The position numbers were made by a program, and so were the translations under genes. From Octopus sinensis (taxonomy: Eukaryota), in NCBI RefSeq assembly GCF_006345805.1, contig NC_043007.1:67146001-67210000 (forward strand): DNA of 64,000 bases. Direction: 5' to 3'. Positions 39,901 through 49,131 of this stretch are shown here, piece after piece; the first letter of the stretch is position 1, and every line of letters begins with the position of its first letter. Below the pieces are notes generated by a model. The model made no database searches. It worked only from the letters and a program-made list of their open reading frames with translations, and was not told where the DNA came from.

Positions 39901-42900
39901 CAGGATTATTATTACTATTCTGCAGATTCTCACCATCCCAACCTCTTTTTGCAATGTTAGTCATTTCTTCTCTTTATCTCCATCCCCCACTTGTGTATCA
40001 TTGGTCATCCCTCAACCACCACACCCTTCAACCCTACCCAATTTCTACAGTTGTCACCTATATTTCCCTCTTCCTTTCCTCCCCTACTTATCTTCATAGT
40101 AGTTACCCTCTCACCCATTCCCTAACTCTAACCATCTTTCTCCCATCTTGTAACCTCTACTCACCTACACTGCTTGCTCCCTAGACCCTACACACTTCTA
40201 CTCACCTCATATCTTGAGGGTCCACTAACACTTCATCCCCACAATTTTTATCTCTTTCCAGTCCCACCCCTACCACTCCCACCTTCTCTTCTATAATGAA
40301 AGTAGCTGTGTAGTTCCCCTACAACAAAAGACCTCTTCTGGTCCCTCCTTTCTCACATTAATGCTTTACTGTATAGCATAAAGTCATCCCTCTCTATTGC
40401 AGCCCCACTTAATTGAAAGGAATCTTAGTCTTGCAAATTGTTTGTCAACTTCACTAGTACTGGTGCCACAAACAAGCATCCAATGCACACTGTGAAGTGA
40501 AAGGCATCTAGCCATAGAAACTATACCAAAGATATTGGAGCATGATGCAGTATTTGGACCCTTCAGATCCAGTCAAACTGTCCAGCCCATGCCAGCATGG
40601 AACAGGGATATTAAATAATGATGAGTAACAAGCTAGACATTTATACACATGAAATATGGACATTGTAGATTTAAGATTACAGTGCCACACTAGTGACAGT
40701 CACAGTTATAGGTAAAAGCAAGGTCATGAAATGACCTTCCTTCCTTGACTTAAAAATTCTTTAAAAGTGGAGGTGGGGATCATAAAATTTAAGTCAGTTA
40801 ATTCCCAAGTAGATGAGTTAATCAAATAATCAGTACTATCAAACTGTACTCAAAATGCCAAGTAAGTCTTAGTCATCTAAGCCCTTGCATAGCATTCATA
40901 TATCAACAATCAAGGTGTTATAGTCATTCAATTCGATTTCAGGATATTCTCAAGCTTAAATTTACCAAAGGACCCAAGAAAGTTGAAAGCAATTATAATT
41001 TTCAGCAAAGTTTAAATTTAGAATAGTTAAGAGTTTCAAAGATATCAAGGAGTCAGACATTTTACAGTTTACATCGACTCTAGTGATTATCATTTCAAAA
41101 CAATTATTAATTAGCAAATATCAAAACAGTGTTAGAAGGAAAAAAGAAAGCTTACTGTCATTGAAGCCCATTCTGCTATAGACATCCTCTAAACTAGTAC
41201 AACTGAGGCCAGGAACTAAGTAAAGGAAAACATTATGGCATTCCTCAGATGCATTTTCCTGCAAAATCTGGTACCAGATGATAAACAGCCTCATGCCTTC
41301 TCGACGCAGCTGGAAAAACAACAAAAATAAACTTTAGTGAATTCATTAAAAGAGAAAGAAAACTAAAGCTTAATAATACTGAATTCATTAAAAAAGGAAG
41401 AAAATTAAAGCTTAATAAAAATTCTTTCAAACATTTTTTCCCCCAAATTCAGATATTTACAAAAATCAATGAACTAGAAATTTTAATTACAAAATGCCCT
41501 TTCCAACAAGATGAGTGACAGTTTATTTGAAAGATTAGACTGAGATTTTCAACTAAACAAATAGAAATTCACTAACATACTTGCGGCTATGTTTTAAACA
41601 CTTGATATTTGAAGTTACAACTTCAACAACCTGAGCTAAACAGCCACCAAACTTACATGTTATAAAAATACATTAAAAACAATGTGTTTTTTTTTTGTTA
41701 TTTCACATTACATACATGAGCAAACAGTTATTATTTCCATTAAATACTTCTGTCAAATACTCATTCTGACATTTTTTTTTTTACTTTATAAACTTTGATT
41801 AACTGATAAATATTGAACAATAAAAATAACACTAAAGTAAGAAACCCATGAAACTAATCTGTATCATATTTCAGGCTTCAATCTGGGTCATGTAACACCT
41901 TTCTCAGTCAAAGGTTCTTCAATCACTGTCACTACCACCAAACACCTACTTATCAGTGGAAATTTCAGAAATCAGGATATTGCCAGTTACTCACCACACC
42001 TCACACTAACTGTCTTTTACCAGCTGCTGTGATATAACTGAACATCCAGTGGTATTACTAAGCTATTCTTCTTTTGTTTTTTTTTTAACTTACTTCCTTT
42101 ATTCCCAAAACAATTGTTTTTCTCACTTCATATTCATTAACTTCAACAGATGATATGATGAAAACCAAGTAAATATCATCAAAACATTTAATATATCCCT
42201 CTTTTTTAAAGCTGGAGTAAGTGATATGAGGGAGACTGAAGGTTATGCAACTATGTGGAAGCCCCTTCTTCAGGATATTGCCAACATAAACAACCATGGT
42301 CTATTACTGGTACTAATTTTATCAACTCAAGAGGAGTGAAAAGCAAATGTGACCATATCAGAATCTGAACTAAGAACATAAGACAAAAATAAAAGTTAAA
42401 AAGAATTTAATTTGATGATTTACTATTTCTACCAACTCAAATACAAAATCAATATCTTGAGGACTGGTTACAATTGACAGAATTCTGCTACTTAACTTAT
42501 AATCATCTGATTGATCAAAGGCAAAGCTGACTGATAAATTAACAAACATAAAAGGAGAAATAGAAATCAGTGAAGCAACAGAATTCATAGAACAACGTTC
42601 TAAATGCCAAACAATATTGTTTCATACTTCTATGCTCTGGGTTCAAATCCTGCCATAGTCAGTTTTATCTTTGATTCCCTCAGGGTTAATAAAATAAATA
42701 TCAGGCATGTACTGAAATCAGTCCATTCAATTATACATTTGTCATACGAAGGTATAGCCTTGTACCAATGTAAGGAACCAATATTACCAAAGGAATACAT
42801 AAACAACTCAAATTACTTAACAGTTTCCAATGTACAATGTGCACCAGTTAATAAATTCCAAGCAGTTAGCTGTTGATTTCAGTAGAATGCACATTCTAAA

Positions 42901-45900
42901 AATGATGTCTGATGTTAAAACTTCATTATACATTTACAGATGTGCAAACATGTATTAGACAGTGAATCAGTAAATTAATTTGAGTGCCAGATAGAACTGC
43001 TTTACAATATTTGTTTTGAATTGTTGTACTCAAGACCAAATCCTTTCAAAGGTCAACAGTGCTCTTCATTCTTCTATGGTCAATGGATACAATACCAGTC
43101 AAATACTGAGATAGATCCTTCTCTCCCTCTGTCTATCTAAATCAGCTATTATGGGAAGAGAAGAGTCATAAAAAAACCACTTAGTGTGTCTTTTTCTCCA
43201 TTGCTCATAAAAAGGTTATATTTTTGCATATGAATGGATATATGTCAGATGACTTGTGAGTAGAGGATGCTGCATTTGTAACATATCAAAAAAAATAAAA
43301 CATGTGGGAGAAAGAATATATATACAATAACTAATTTTACCTTTAACCCATTCTTTGGATGAAGCAATTTTTTCATAATTCGACCTGAAAAAGACAACAA
43401 TTTCTTATATGTAACATTAATATCATTGGACAGAAGCACAGATCTAACTAAAATAGATATATCATAACAATAACAAAAATTTTCTCTACTATAAAAAGAG
43501 TGGAAGAGGCAGACCCAGGAAGGCAATGGGACAAGGTGGTGAAGCATGATCTTCAAATGCTGGGCCTCATGTTAGCAATGACAAGTGACCAAGACCTTTG
43601 GTGATAAGCCATGTTTGGGAAGACCCATCAAACCGAGTGAAACCGGAGTCGTGGCTGATGCTGGTGTCATGTAACAGGTATCGATGCCAGTGGCACATAA
43701 AAAGCACCCTTCAAACATTGGGTCTCACAGAGGTGATAAGTGACTGAAACCTTTTGCAATATGCCATGCTTGAGAGGACTCATTAAGCCAAGTGATGACA
43801 TAGCTGTGGCCAATGCTGATGTCACTTAATTGGCACATATGAAGCACCCATGATACTCTTGGAGTGGTTGGTGTTAAGAAGGGCATACAGTCATAGAAAC
43901 CATTCCAAATCAGACTGGAACCTAGTGCAGCTCTTCAGCTAACCAGTTTCAGTCAAACTGTCTAACCCACACCAGCATGGAAAGAAGACATTAAATGATG
44001 ATCATGATTACCTAAACAGAGAATGAATTGTCCAATTTTCAAATAAAACTTAATACACACACATGCACACAATGTTACTAATTAGTATATTTCTGGTGTT
44101 TGTAATATAGTTTATAAAAACCATTACACATACGAAGTAAAAATATCCAGTCAGCTCCCAGACCTACCTTGCATTCTTTATAGAGCCAATACTACAACAC
44201 AAAGACTGAGTTTAACAAACAAACCAATTAACACATAAGCTTTAATTTTTTTTTCTTCTCTTTGAGGAAGGGCAACACCCATGGCTCTTTTCAGGACCTC
44301 TAATGTGGCTAGTTATCAAGAGAGACTTGGCCCAAATACATGCAACAGAGTGTACTCTGCTAAAGACATCCAAGGACTAGGTGGTAGTACTAACCAGATG
44401 TCAAATTAACCCTTTTGATGCCAACTAGCCCAAGGTTACCCCTAGTTCTACGATTCAAATTTCATGATTTACAGTGATTGAGATAATAAATTTCTGATCA
44501 AAATTTCATTTTTAATTTATGTCCCAAACCACCTAAATGACATTGTTATGTTACTAAATTCTTCATTATTTTCAAAATTAATTAAAATAACGAAAATGTT
44601 TTTCAAAAGAAGTATGGTTATAAAAGGGTTAAGCTTATCACCCACTGTTGAATGGCAATTTATCCTTTCACAAAATTATTGCAAGGTCATCAATCACTCC
44701 CTTGTACTTGTAGCAATTGCAATAGCCTAACCAATTCCAACCCCCAGAACTATAAATAATAAGTGGTTTTGCATCAATTCAAAACACACTAGAGCTGCAT
44801 TAAAATAACCCACAATCTGAGAGAACTCAAGGAAACTACTAAGATTATACCTGTTTCTCTGACTCATGATATTTTGTTTTCTGTAGTTTCAACTCAAAGC
44901 TGCAGCCATGCTGATGCACCGCTGTTTAAAAAATGTGTGACGCTTACAGCACCTAGGTTTCCCAAGCGGTCACCCATCAAAGTACTAACTTCGGTGATCA
45001 GACGCGAACTGGTGCTTTCAACATGATATGGCCGTAAGCTATGATAAAAAAAAATACTTATACCAAGTTTTAAATATTTGTGTACTACTCAGACACAAGG
45101 AGTACAATTCATAATTGCAATTTATTCTTAGACAAGAAAGCTAACTATATGGCTAATTATTTTCAAATTATCTTGCTAAATTAACAATGTCACATATTAC
45201 TACTACAACAACAATAACCAAAATTCAATAAGTTGTTCTAACTAGAGCAAACACACATCAATTTCTTTAAGAAACCAAAGTTACAGAACACTGACTGAAT
45301 CCAGAACAGTGAATGCAAGACATCTATACTACATAGAAACAGTTAAACAAACATACGAGAGAACTGTTACACTCTTGATTTGCAAGAATAATCACATCTC
45401 TTTTAAATCACACCCAAACATCTAAAAAAGCATCTCACTAACCAGAAAAAACTAGTAAAACATACTGAAGTGTTAAAACTCTTTATAAAAACTATTGCTA
45501 AGAGCTCGTCAATTGGTTGAAAATTGTTTTATTACAACTTACCAATATTGTGAAACATCCATTTTTTGTGAATCTTCTCAGGTAAAAGAACTAGAATTTT
45601 CTACAAATGAAAAAAAAATATAAGTAATCCACAGATTATATTAAACCAAGAACATACTTCAACAAGAAACATACCAAAGAGTATGTGTAAATAAATATAT
45701 TATGTGTGTATATATATATATATATATTCAAATATGAATTAGAAGCAGCCCGAGTTATATAAACAAAATCAAATACACATGCACAAGGTATGGGTGTTGT
45801 TAGTGCAAGGGTCAGCTGCAGTTTTTAGGTATAAGAGAATATATTTTGTATGCGCCAGGTGAAAAAAAAACACTTGAAAGTAAATCAGTGTCAAACGAGA

Positions 45901-48684
45901 CAACTCACATCAGGTCCTTTCTCAGAGAGAAAGACATCAATGTTTCGTCATTGTTCTGATTTTATGATGTTTGGCATTGATAAATCAAAGCAATGATGAA
46001 ACATAGATTTCTGTCACTCCGAGAAATTTTCTGTGCAGCTTCATTCAACATCTGTCAATTAGCTAGTTTCGCTTTGAAACTAGCTAATGGACAGACTCTG
46101 AATGAAGCTGCACTGAAAATTATGCCCAGTTGCATGTGCAACTGACCATACTCTGTGCAGTGGAAACATGTGTAGGTCGTAATAACCATAAAAATATGTT
46201 GTATGAAATTGTAAAATAAAGGAAATAAATTTTGGGGATGAACAAGTCTCCATATTTTACATTGTTATCATTATTGCTTATATATATATATATATATATT
46301 TATTTAGATCACAGGATGGCCTGCAGTGCTTAATTTGGATTGTGGGGCAACCTGCTGTGCTTGGGGAGACCTATTGAATCAAGTACATCAACATCAGAAT
46401 AAAAATCAAATGGAATTGTAGTTGTGATACCCATGCCAGTGGCACGTAAAAAGCACCCACAACACTCACAGAGTGGTTGGCATTAGGAAGGGCATCCAGC
46501 CTTAGAAACACTGCCAGATCAGACAGGAGCCTGGTGCAGCCTCCTGGCTTCCCAGACCCTGGTCAAACCATCCAACCCATGCTAGCATGGAAAACGGAAA
46601 TTAAACGATAATGATGATGATCATCATCATCATCAACGTTAAACGATGATGATGATATACACATACACACACATATGCATGTATGTATGTGTATACACAC
46701 ACACAATACCTGACATATGTAAAGATACCTTATGTATGCATGAATGTATCTAATAAAGTAAATATTACTGTTCAAGTTAATTTCTTTCGCATTACTTGAA
46801 GTTTCATACCAGAGACATTCGTGATGTATGCCTCTCTAACACAAAGCTTCACTCGATGGAGCAGTAGTCAATAATAACAAATCAACCACCAACTACACTA
46901 ACAAAGCTACTATGTTTTCTAGAAGTGCATTCATCTTCAAGTCTGATTACTAGGGTAGGAGGAAGTTCAAAGTTTAACTTCAAAACTGCTTTATTCTCCC
47001 AGACAGCTAAATATATAGTCCCAGTACAACACCACAGCATCCACCAATCAGTGAAGATATTTGACAAGTGCCTGAGAAGAATGCTGTGCGTTCTATTTGT
47101 GCAGTCATTAATGACTGTTTGCTTCAGTCAGCAGTGCCATGATAAGTAACTGAAGACATGGCTATGGGTCAGATCCGGCAGAGATAGCTTTGGTGATCTT
47201 TTGGTTGATCTTCTGGCACAACAGTCCTTTTTGTATTAAATAGTGTTATCAAAATATATTCTCTTATACCTAAAAACCGCAGCTGACCCTTGCACTAACA
47301 ACACCCATACCTTGTGCATGTGTATTTGATTTTGTTTATATAACTCGGGCTGCTTCTAATTCATATTTGAATATATATATATATATACACACATAATATA
47401 TTTATTTACACATACTCTTTGGTATGTTTCTTGTTGAAGTATGTTCTTGGTTTAATATAATACAGATTATAGCAATTAAAATATTAAGGACTATCTCCAA
47501 AGATTGGCTCAATTGTAATACAAGTATGTTGAGCAGCTTACACGGGGACTAACTTATTGATTTATGTTGAATCTGAAACACATTAAGACTCTTAAAACAT
47601 GTGATTGTCATCACTTAAAACAATAGGAATACTGTTTGGCATAAAATTTGGCTATTTTGTTAAGAGGCTAAACAACATACATAAAGGCTCCCTTGTTCTC
47701 TTGTTGAGTCATATCAAAAATTCTTGCCTATATGACAGAAATACAGAAAGTGGATAACTTTAGAGATGGGAGACAAATGCTTAGCTATGGCTTCAGAAAA
47801 TGAAAATAGAAATTAAAGCAAGGATGCAGGCATAGCTGTGTGGTAAGAAGTTTGTTTCTCAACCACATAGTTCCGAGTTAAGTCCCACTGCGTGGCACCT
47901 TGGGCAAGTGTCTTCTACTGCAGCCTTATGAGTGGATTTGGTAGAAGGAAACTGAAATAAGCGCCGTCATGCATGTGTGCGTATGTATCTCTGTGTGTGT
48001 GTGAGTGTGTGTGTGTGCATGTATATATCTATGTGCGTGTGTCTGTCCCCCACCCACCCCACCATTACTTGACAACTGATGTTGGTGTGTTTACATCACC
48101 GTAACTTAGCAGTTCAGCAAAACGGACTGATAGAATTAGTACTAGGCTTACAAAGAATAAGTCCTGGGGTCCAATTTGTTCAACTAAAAAACCTCTTTAA
48201 TGTGGTGCTCCAGCATGGCTGCAGTCAAAATGACTGAAACAAGTAAAAGAATAAAAAGAAAAAAGGAAAAGTAATGGGCTCAAAGTCTGAAATACTAACC
48301 TCAAAGATCTGGAGAATAGCTTCAAGCTCTTCTCGATGAGACTTACTGGCTGTTAAAAAGATAGAAATATAATAAAGAAATTGATTTTCTGAACTGTGCT
48401 TTTATGCACATGAGATTAACAATACATGTTACATTAACCATTTCATTTTTATTTTCTTTTGTTACTGTATATTTGTGAACAAGTTTAATATAAGCTACCT
48501 TAAGAAAATTGAATTGAAACATATTAAATAGAAAGCAATTATCAAAATGAGATCAATGTTTAAGTTTACAAACCTCTTTGCTTCAATTCAGTCTCAACAT
48601 TGACAAAGACATCATAAAATATATAGTATATATGTGAGAAATTCTCTTCAAAGAAGCCTTTCTGTTCTTGGATGTCATAATAGT
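2855..48684 (-). CDS. RALGAPA1: Ral GTPase-activating protein subunit alpha (RALGAPA1/2 co-ortholog), partial: 17 coding exons spanning this interval; start and stop exons not found in the window
   Basis: Hand-spliced exons join in one open frame (2085 nt). Peptides such as [88 protein letters not shown] and [11 protein letters not shown] match recalled vertebrate RALGAPA1 in the same order. Confidence 0.95.
3904..3980. repeat. (AAT)n microsatellite
   Basis: Direct reading. Confidence 0.97.
6985..7054. repeat. (CA)n microsatellite, (UG)n in the pre-mRNA
   Basis: Direct reading. Confidence 0.97.
7354..7440 (-). CDS. Candidate symmetric cassette exon of RALGAPA, (D)[28 protein letters not shown]
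   Basis: catttcag acceptor, GAAG|GTAAAC donor, 87 nt, phase 1-1 matching the host intron, open frame; no recognised homology. Confidence 0.5.
8075..8116. repeat. (GA)n microsatellite
   Basis: Direct reading. Confidence 0.97.
8479..8700 (+). mobile_element. Second tRNA-derived SINE family (ggaggcacatggcttagtggttagg head); other copies at 26660-27420 (split by the LINE) and 32820-33070 (minus)
   Basis: A-box-like tggcttagtggtt head and shared gttcttgagcaaaacacttca body. Confidence 0.65.
10316..10436 (-). CDS. RALGAPA1: RALGAPA exon, [40 protein letters not shown]
   Basis: taatag acceptor, GTAAAT donor, 121 nt, phase 0-1. Confidence 0.94.
10823..11463 (-). mobile_element. Decayed, internally deleted mariner element
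   Basis: Imperfect mariner-type TIRs (tgagctgataccaaaaagttcccagact / ccagaaacattttgatacctca) and a C-terminal transposase remnant [17 protein letters not shown] on the minus strand. Confidence 0.65.
11641..12010 (-). mobile_element. SINE with shared head and an RTE-like tail
   Basis: Head cttaccacaaagccattcctg (reverse) plus ccatgcatggattggatggg tail region. Confidence 0.55.
12110..12232 (-). CDS. RALGAPA1: RALGAPA exon, [41 protein letters not shown]
   Basis: ctttag acceptor, GTAAGT donor, 123 nt, phase 0-0. Confidence 0.95.
12816..13327. mobile_element. Non-autonomous pogo/Tc2-type MITE
   Basis: ~25-bp imperfect TIRs ccataaatcctcaagtataatccgc / gcggactatactcaaggatttacgg flanked by TA. 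Confidence 0.65.
13489..13600 (-). CDS. RALGAPA1: RALGAPA exon, [37 protein letters not shown]
   Basis: ctttcaag acceptor, GTAAGT donor, 112 nt, phase 2-0. Confidence 0.93.
14578..14651 (-). CDS. RALGAPA1: RALGAPA exon, [24 protein letters not shown](W)
   Basis: ttgtag acceptor, GTAAGT donor, 74 nt, phase 0-2. Confidence 0.93.
15226..15459 (-). CDS. RALGAPA1: RALGAPA exon, [11 protein letters not shown]...[34 protein letters not shown]
   Basis: long pyrimidine tract plus ctccag acceptor, GTTAGT donor, 234 nt, phase 0-0. Confidence 0.93.
15615..17013. mobile_element. Remnant(s) of pogo/Tc2-type MITE, possibly nested, interrupted by a SINE
   Basis: tatttgccagcatata occurs twice near 15619 and 15709; its reverse complement (exact or near) occurs near 16887 and 16995. 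Confidence 0.4.
16254..16545 (-). mobile_element. tRNA-derived SINE, same family
   Basis: Reverse complement of head and body motifs. Confidence 0.7.
18780..19050 (-). mobile_element. Old RTE 3' fragment
   Basis: Minus-strand remnant HYGQLIRM...[10 protein letters not shown]. Confidence 0.5.
19461..19670. mobile_element. piggyBac-type MITE
   Basis: TTAA|CCCTTTC...GAAAGGG|TTAA termini; same family as 35036-35255 in the opposite orientation. Confidence 0.8.
22245..22328. repeat. 84-nt palindrome (40-bp arms, 35/40 complementary, 4-nt loop) inside TA/GT microsatellites
   Basis: gaatttgtttttgaaaatgcac ... gtgcattttcaaaaacaaattc read directly. Confidence 0.9.
22421..22852 (-). mobile_element. 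tRNA-derived SINE, same family
   Basis: Reverse complement of the SINE consensus seen elsewhere in the window. Confidence 0.7.
24391..24546. repeat. Purine-rich minisatellite, unit ggaggataagagagaggtag, degenerating distally
   Basis: Two exact 20-bp units, one expanded unit, then variants. Confidence 0.9.
25170..25520 (+). mobile_element. tRNA-derived SINE, same family
   Basis: Shared head and tail motifs. Confidence 0.7.
25539..25755. mobile_element. TTAA-type MITE family (ctttagcattcagattac...gctaaaggg); second copy near 28767-28985
   Basis: Two similar copies with degenerate piggyBac-like ends. Confidence 0.5.
26697..27207 (+). mobile_element. 5'-truncated young RTE-clade LINE inserted into a SINE
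   Basis: Open frame [18 protein letters not shown]...VQFAGHC...W (RTE C-terminal region), (TGA) tail, 7-bp target duplication actgatg. Confidence 0.85.
28069..28191 (-). CDS. RALGAPA1: RALGAPA exon, [17 protein letters not shown]...DIMEED
   Basis: CAGCAG tandem acceptor (start 28191 or 28188), GTAGGT donor, 123 nt, phase 0-0; resembles EEKPLFMQEP. Confidence 0.85.
29188..29295. mobile_element. Short TTAA-flanked MITE
   Basis: TIRs ccttcagcacactg / cagtgtgctaaagg flanked by TTAA. Confidence 0.55.
32431..32502 (-). CDS. RALGAPA1: RALGAPA exon, [24 protein letters not shown] (GC donor)
   Basis: ctttccag acceptor, 72 nt. Only the non-canonical CAG|GCATGT donor keeps the frame into the next exon. 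Confidence 0.88.
34709..34973 (-). CDS. RALGAPA1: RALGAPA exon, [10 protein letters not shown]...[26 protein letters not shown]
   Basis: ttttag acceptor, GTTTGT donor, 265 nt, phase 2-0; C-terminal part resembles [23 protein letters not shown]. Confidence 0.92.
35036..35255. mobile_element. piggyBac-type MITE
   Basis: TTAA-flanked CCCTTTC TIRs; reverse complement closely matches 19461-19670. Confidence 0.8.
35686..36021. mobile_element. hAT-type (Charlie-like) MITE
   Basis: CAG...CTG termini with short imperfect TIR; 8-bp flanks atctaaat / ctctaaat (7 of 8 match). Confidence 0.6.
36745..36883 (-). CDS. RALGAPA1: RALGAPA exon, (E)[45 protein letters not shown]
   Basis: ttttcag acceptor, GTAAAA donor, 139 nt, phase 1-2; phase matched by the next exon. 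Confidence 0.88.
37684..37822 (-). CDS. RALGAPA1: RALGAPA exon, [46 protein letters not shown]
   Basis: ctttcag acceptor, GTAAGT donor, 139 nt, phase 0-1. Confidence 0.92.
38921..39048 (-). CDS. RALGAPA1: RALGAPA exon, [42 protein letters not shown]
   Basis: ttccag acceptor, GTGAGT donor, 128 nt, phase 1-0. Confidence 0.92.
41156..41309 (-). CDS. RALGAPA1: RALGAPA exon, [34 protein letters not shown]...GFND
   Basis: ttccag acceptor, GTAAGC donor, 154 nt, phase 0-1. Confidence 0.93.
43341..43384 (-). CDS. RALGAPA1: RALGAPA exon, (G)[14 protein letters not shown]
   Basis: ttttcag acceptor, GTAAAA donor, 44 nt, phase 1-0; resembles GLILKKLLHTGNSLK. Confidence 0.92.
44410..44628. mobile_element. 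piggyBac-type MITE (related family)
   Basis: TTAA|CCCTTTT...AAAAGGG|TTAA termini. Confidence 0.65.
44942..45039 (-). pseudogene. 5S rRNA pseudogene with an internal ~20-nt deletion
   Basis: Minus strand reads GCTTACGGCCATATCATGTTGAAAGCACCAGTTCGCGTCTGATCACCGAAGTTAGTACTTTGATGGGTGACCGCTTGGGAAACCTAGGTGCTGTAAGC (98 nt), collinear with eukaryotic 5S apart from the segment between the two GTTA motifs; T6 run 8 nt downstream. Confidence 0.9.
45543..45600 (-). CDS. RALGAPA1: RALGAPA exon, [19 protein letters not shown](G)
   Basis: ttgtag acceptor, GTAAGT donor, 58 nt, phase 0-1. Confidence 0.93.
45635..47461. repeat. Near-perfect inverted repeat, arms 45635-45848 and 47250-47461
   Basis: Arms compared base by base: one substitution and one TA-unit difference. 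Confidence 0.97.
47822..48265 (+). mobile_element. tRNA-derived SINE with internal GT tract
   Basis: Head gcaggcatagctgtgtggtaagaag...ggcaccttgggcaagtgtcttct and tail gactgaaacaagtaaaag shared with other copies in the window. Confidence 0.8.
48300..48349 (-). CDS. RALGAPA1: RALGAPA exon, (A)[16 protein letters not shown]
   Basis: aacag acceptor, GTTAGT donor, 50 nt, phase 1-0. Confidence 0.93.
48574..48684 (-). CDS. RALGAPA1: RALGAPA exon (2nd coding exon by homology), (D)[36 protein letters not shown]
   Basis: tttcag acceptor, GTTTGT donor, 111 nt, phase 1-1; resembles vertebrate FFDQHFSHIYYVFFENFV. Confidence 0.93.
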
Positions 48685-49131
48685 CTGAAATGTATATAAA
48701 AAAAAAATAAATCTCATTTAAAATGAAAATTTCTTGTATATATTGCTGTCAAAGGGATATTATTGAGAGAGCAGAAACAGTGCTGAAATTAAGAATCATC
48801 ATCATCATCATGAAAGAGTAACAAGAAGAATTCAAAAATGAAAAGTAAGATTCTCTCTAATTCTGGTATTTGTTGTATCAAACTATATCAAGAATGACTT
48901 GGATTTTCATCACTTTTGGTAAAAGTTGTTAGTGCTGTGAATCATACTGACTGGCAAGGTGAGAGAAGCTACTTAAAAGTAGAAAGAGAATATTGAACTA
49001 GATAAGGACTTCAAGGCCTATAAGTCTAGGATCAGATGATTCAATTTCTTCCTAGGTTGACTAGGCTTTCAATTACAGTTTACTGTGTTTCTCCACCACC
49101 TCTATTCTCTCATCCAAGTAAAGAGGACATA

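Noticed and set aside
46882-47067. [10 protein letters not shown] resembles a USP deubiquitinase motif, inside the inverted repeat
   Set aside because: One short motif with no Cys or His box and stops in the surrounding frames.
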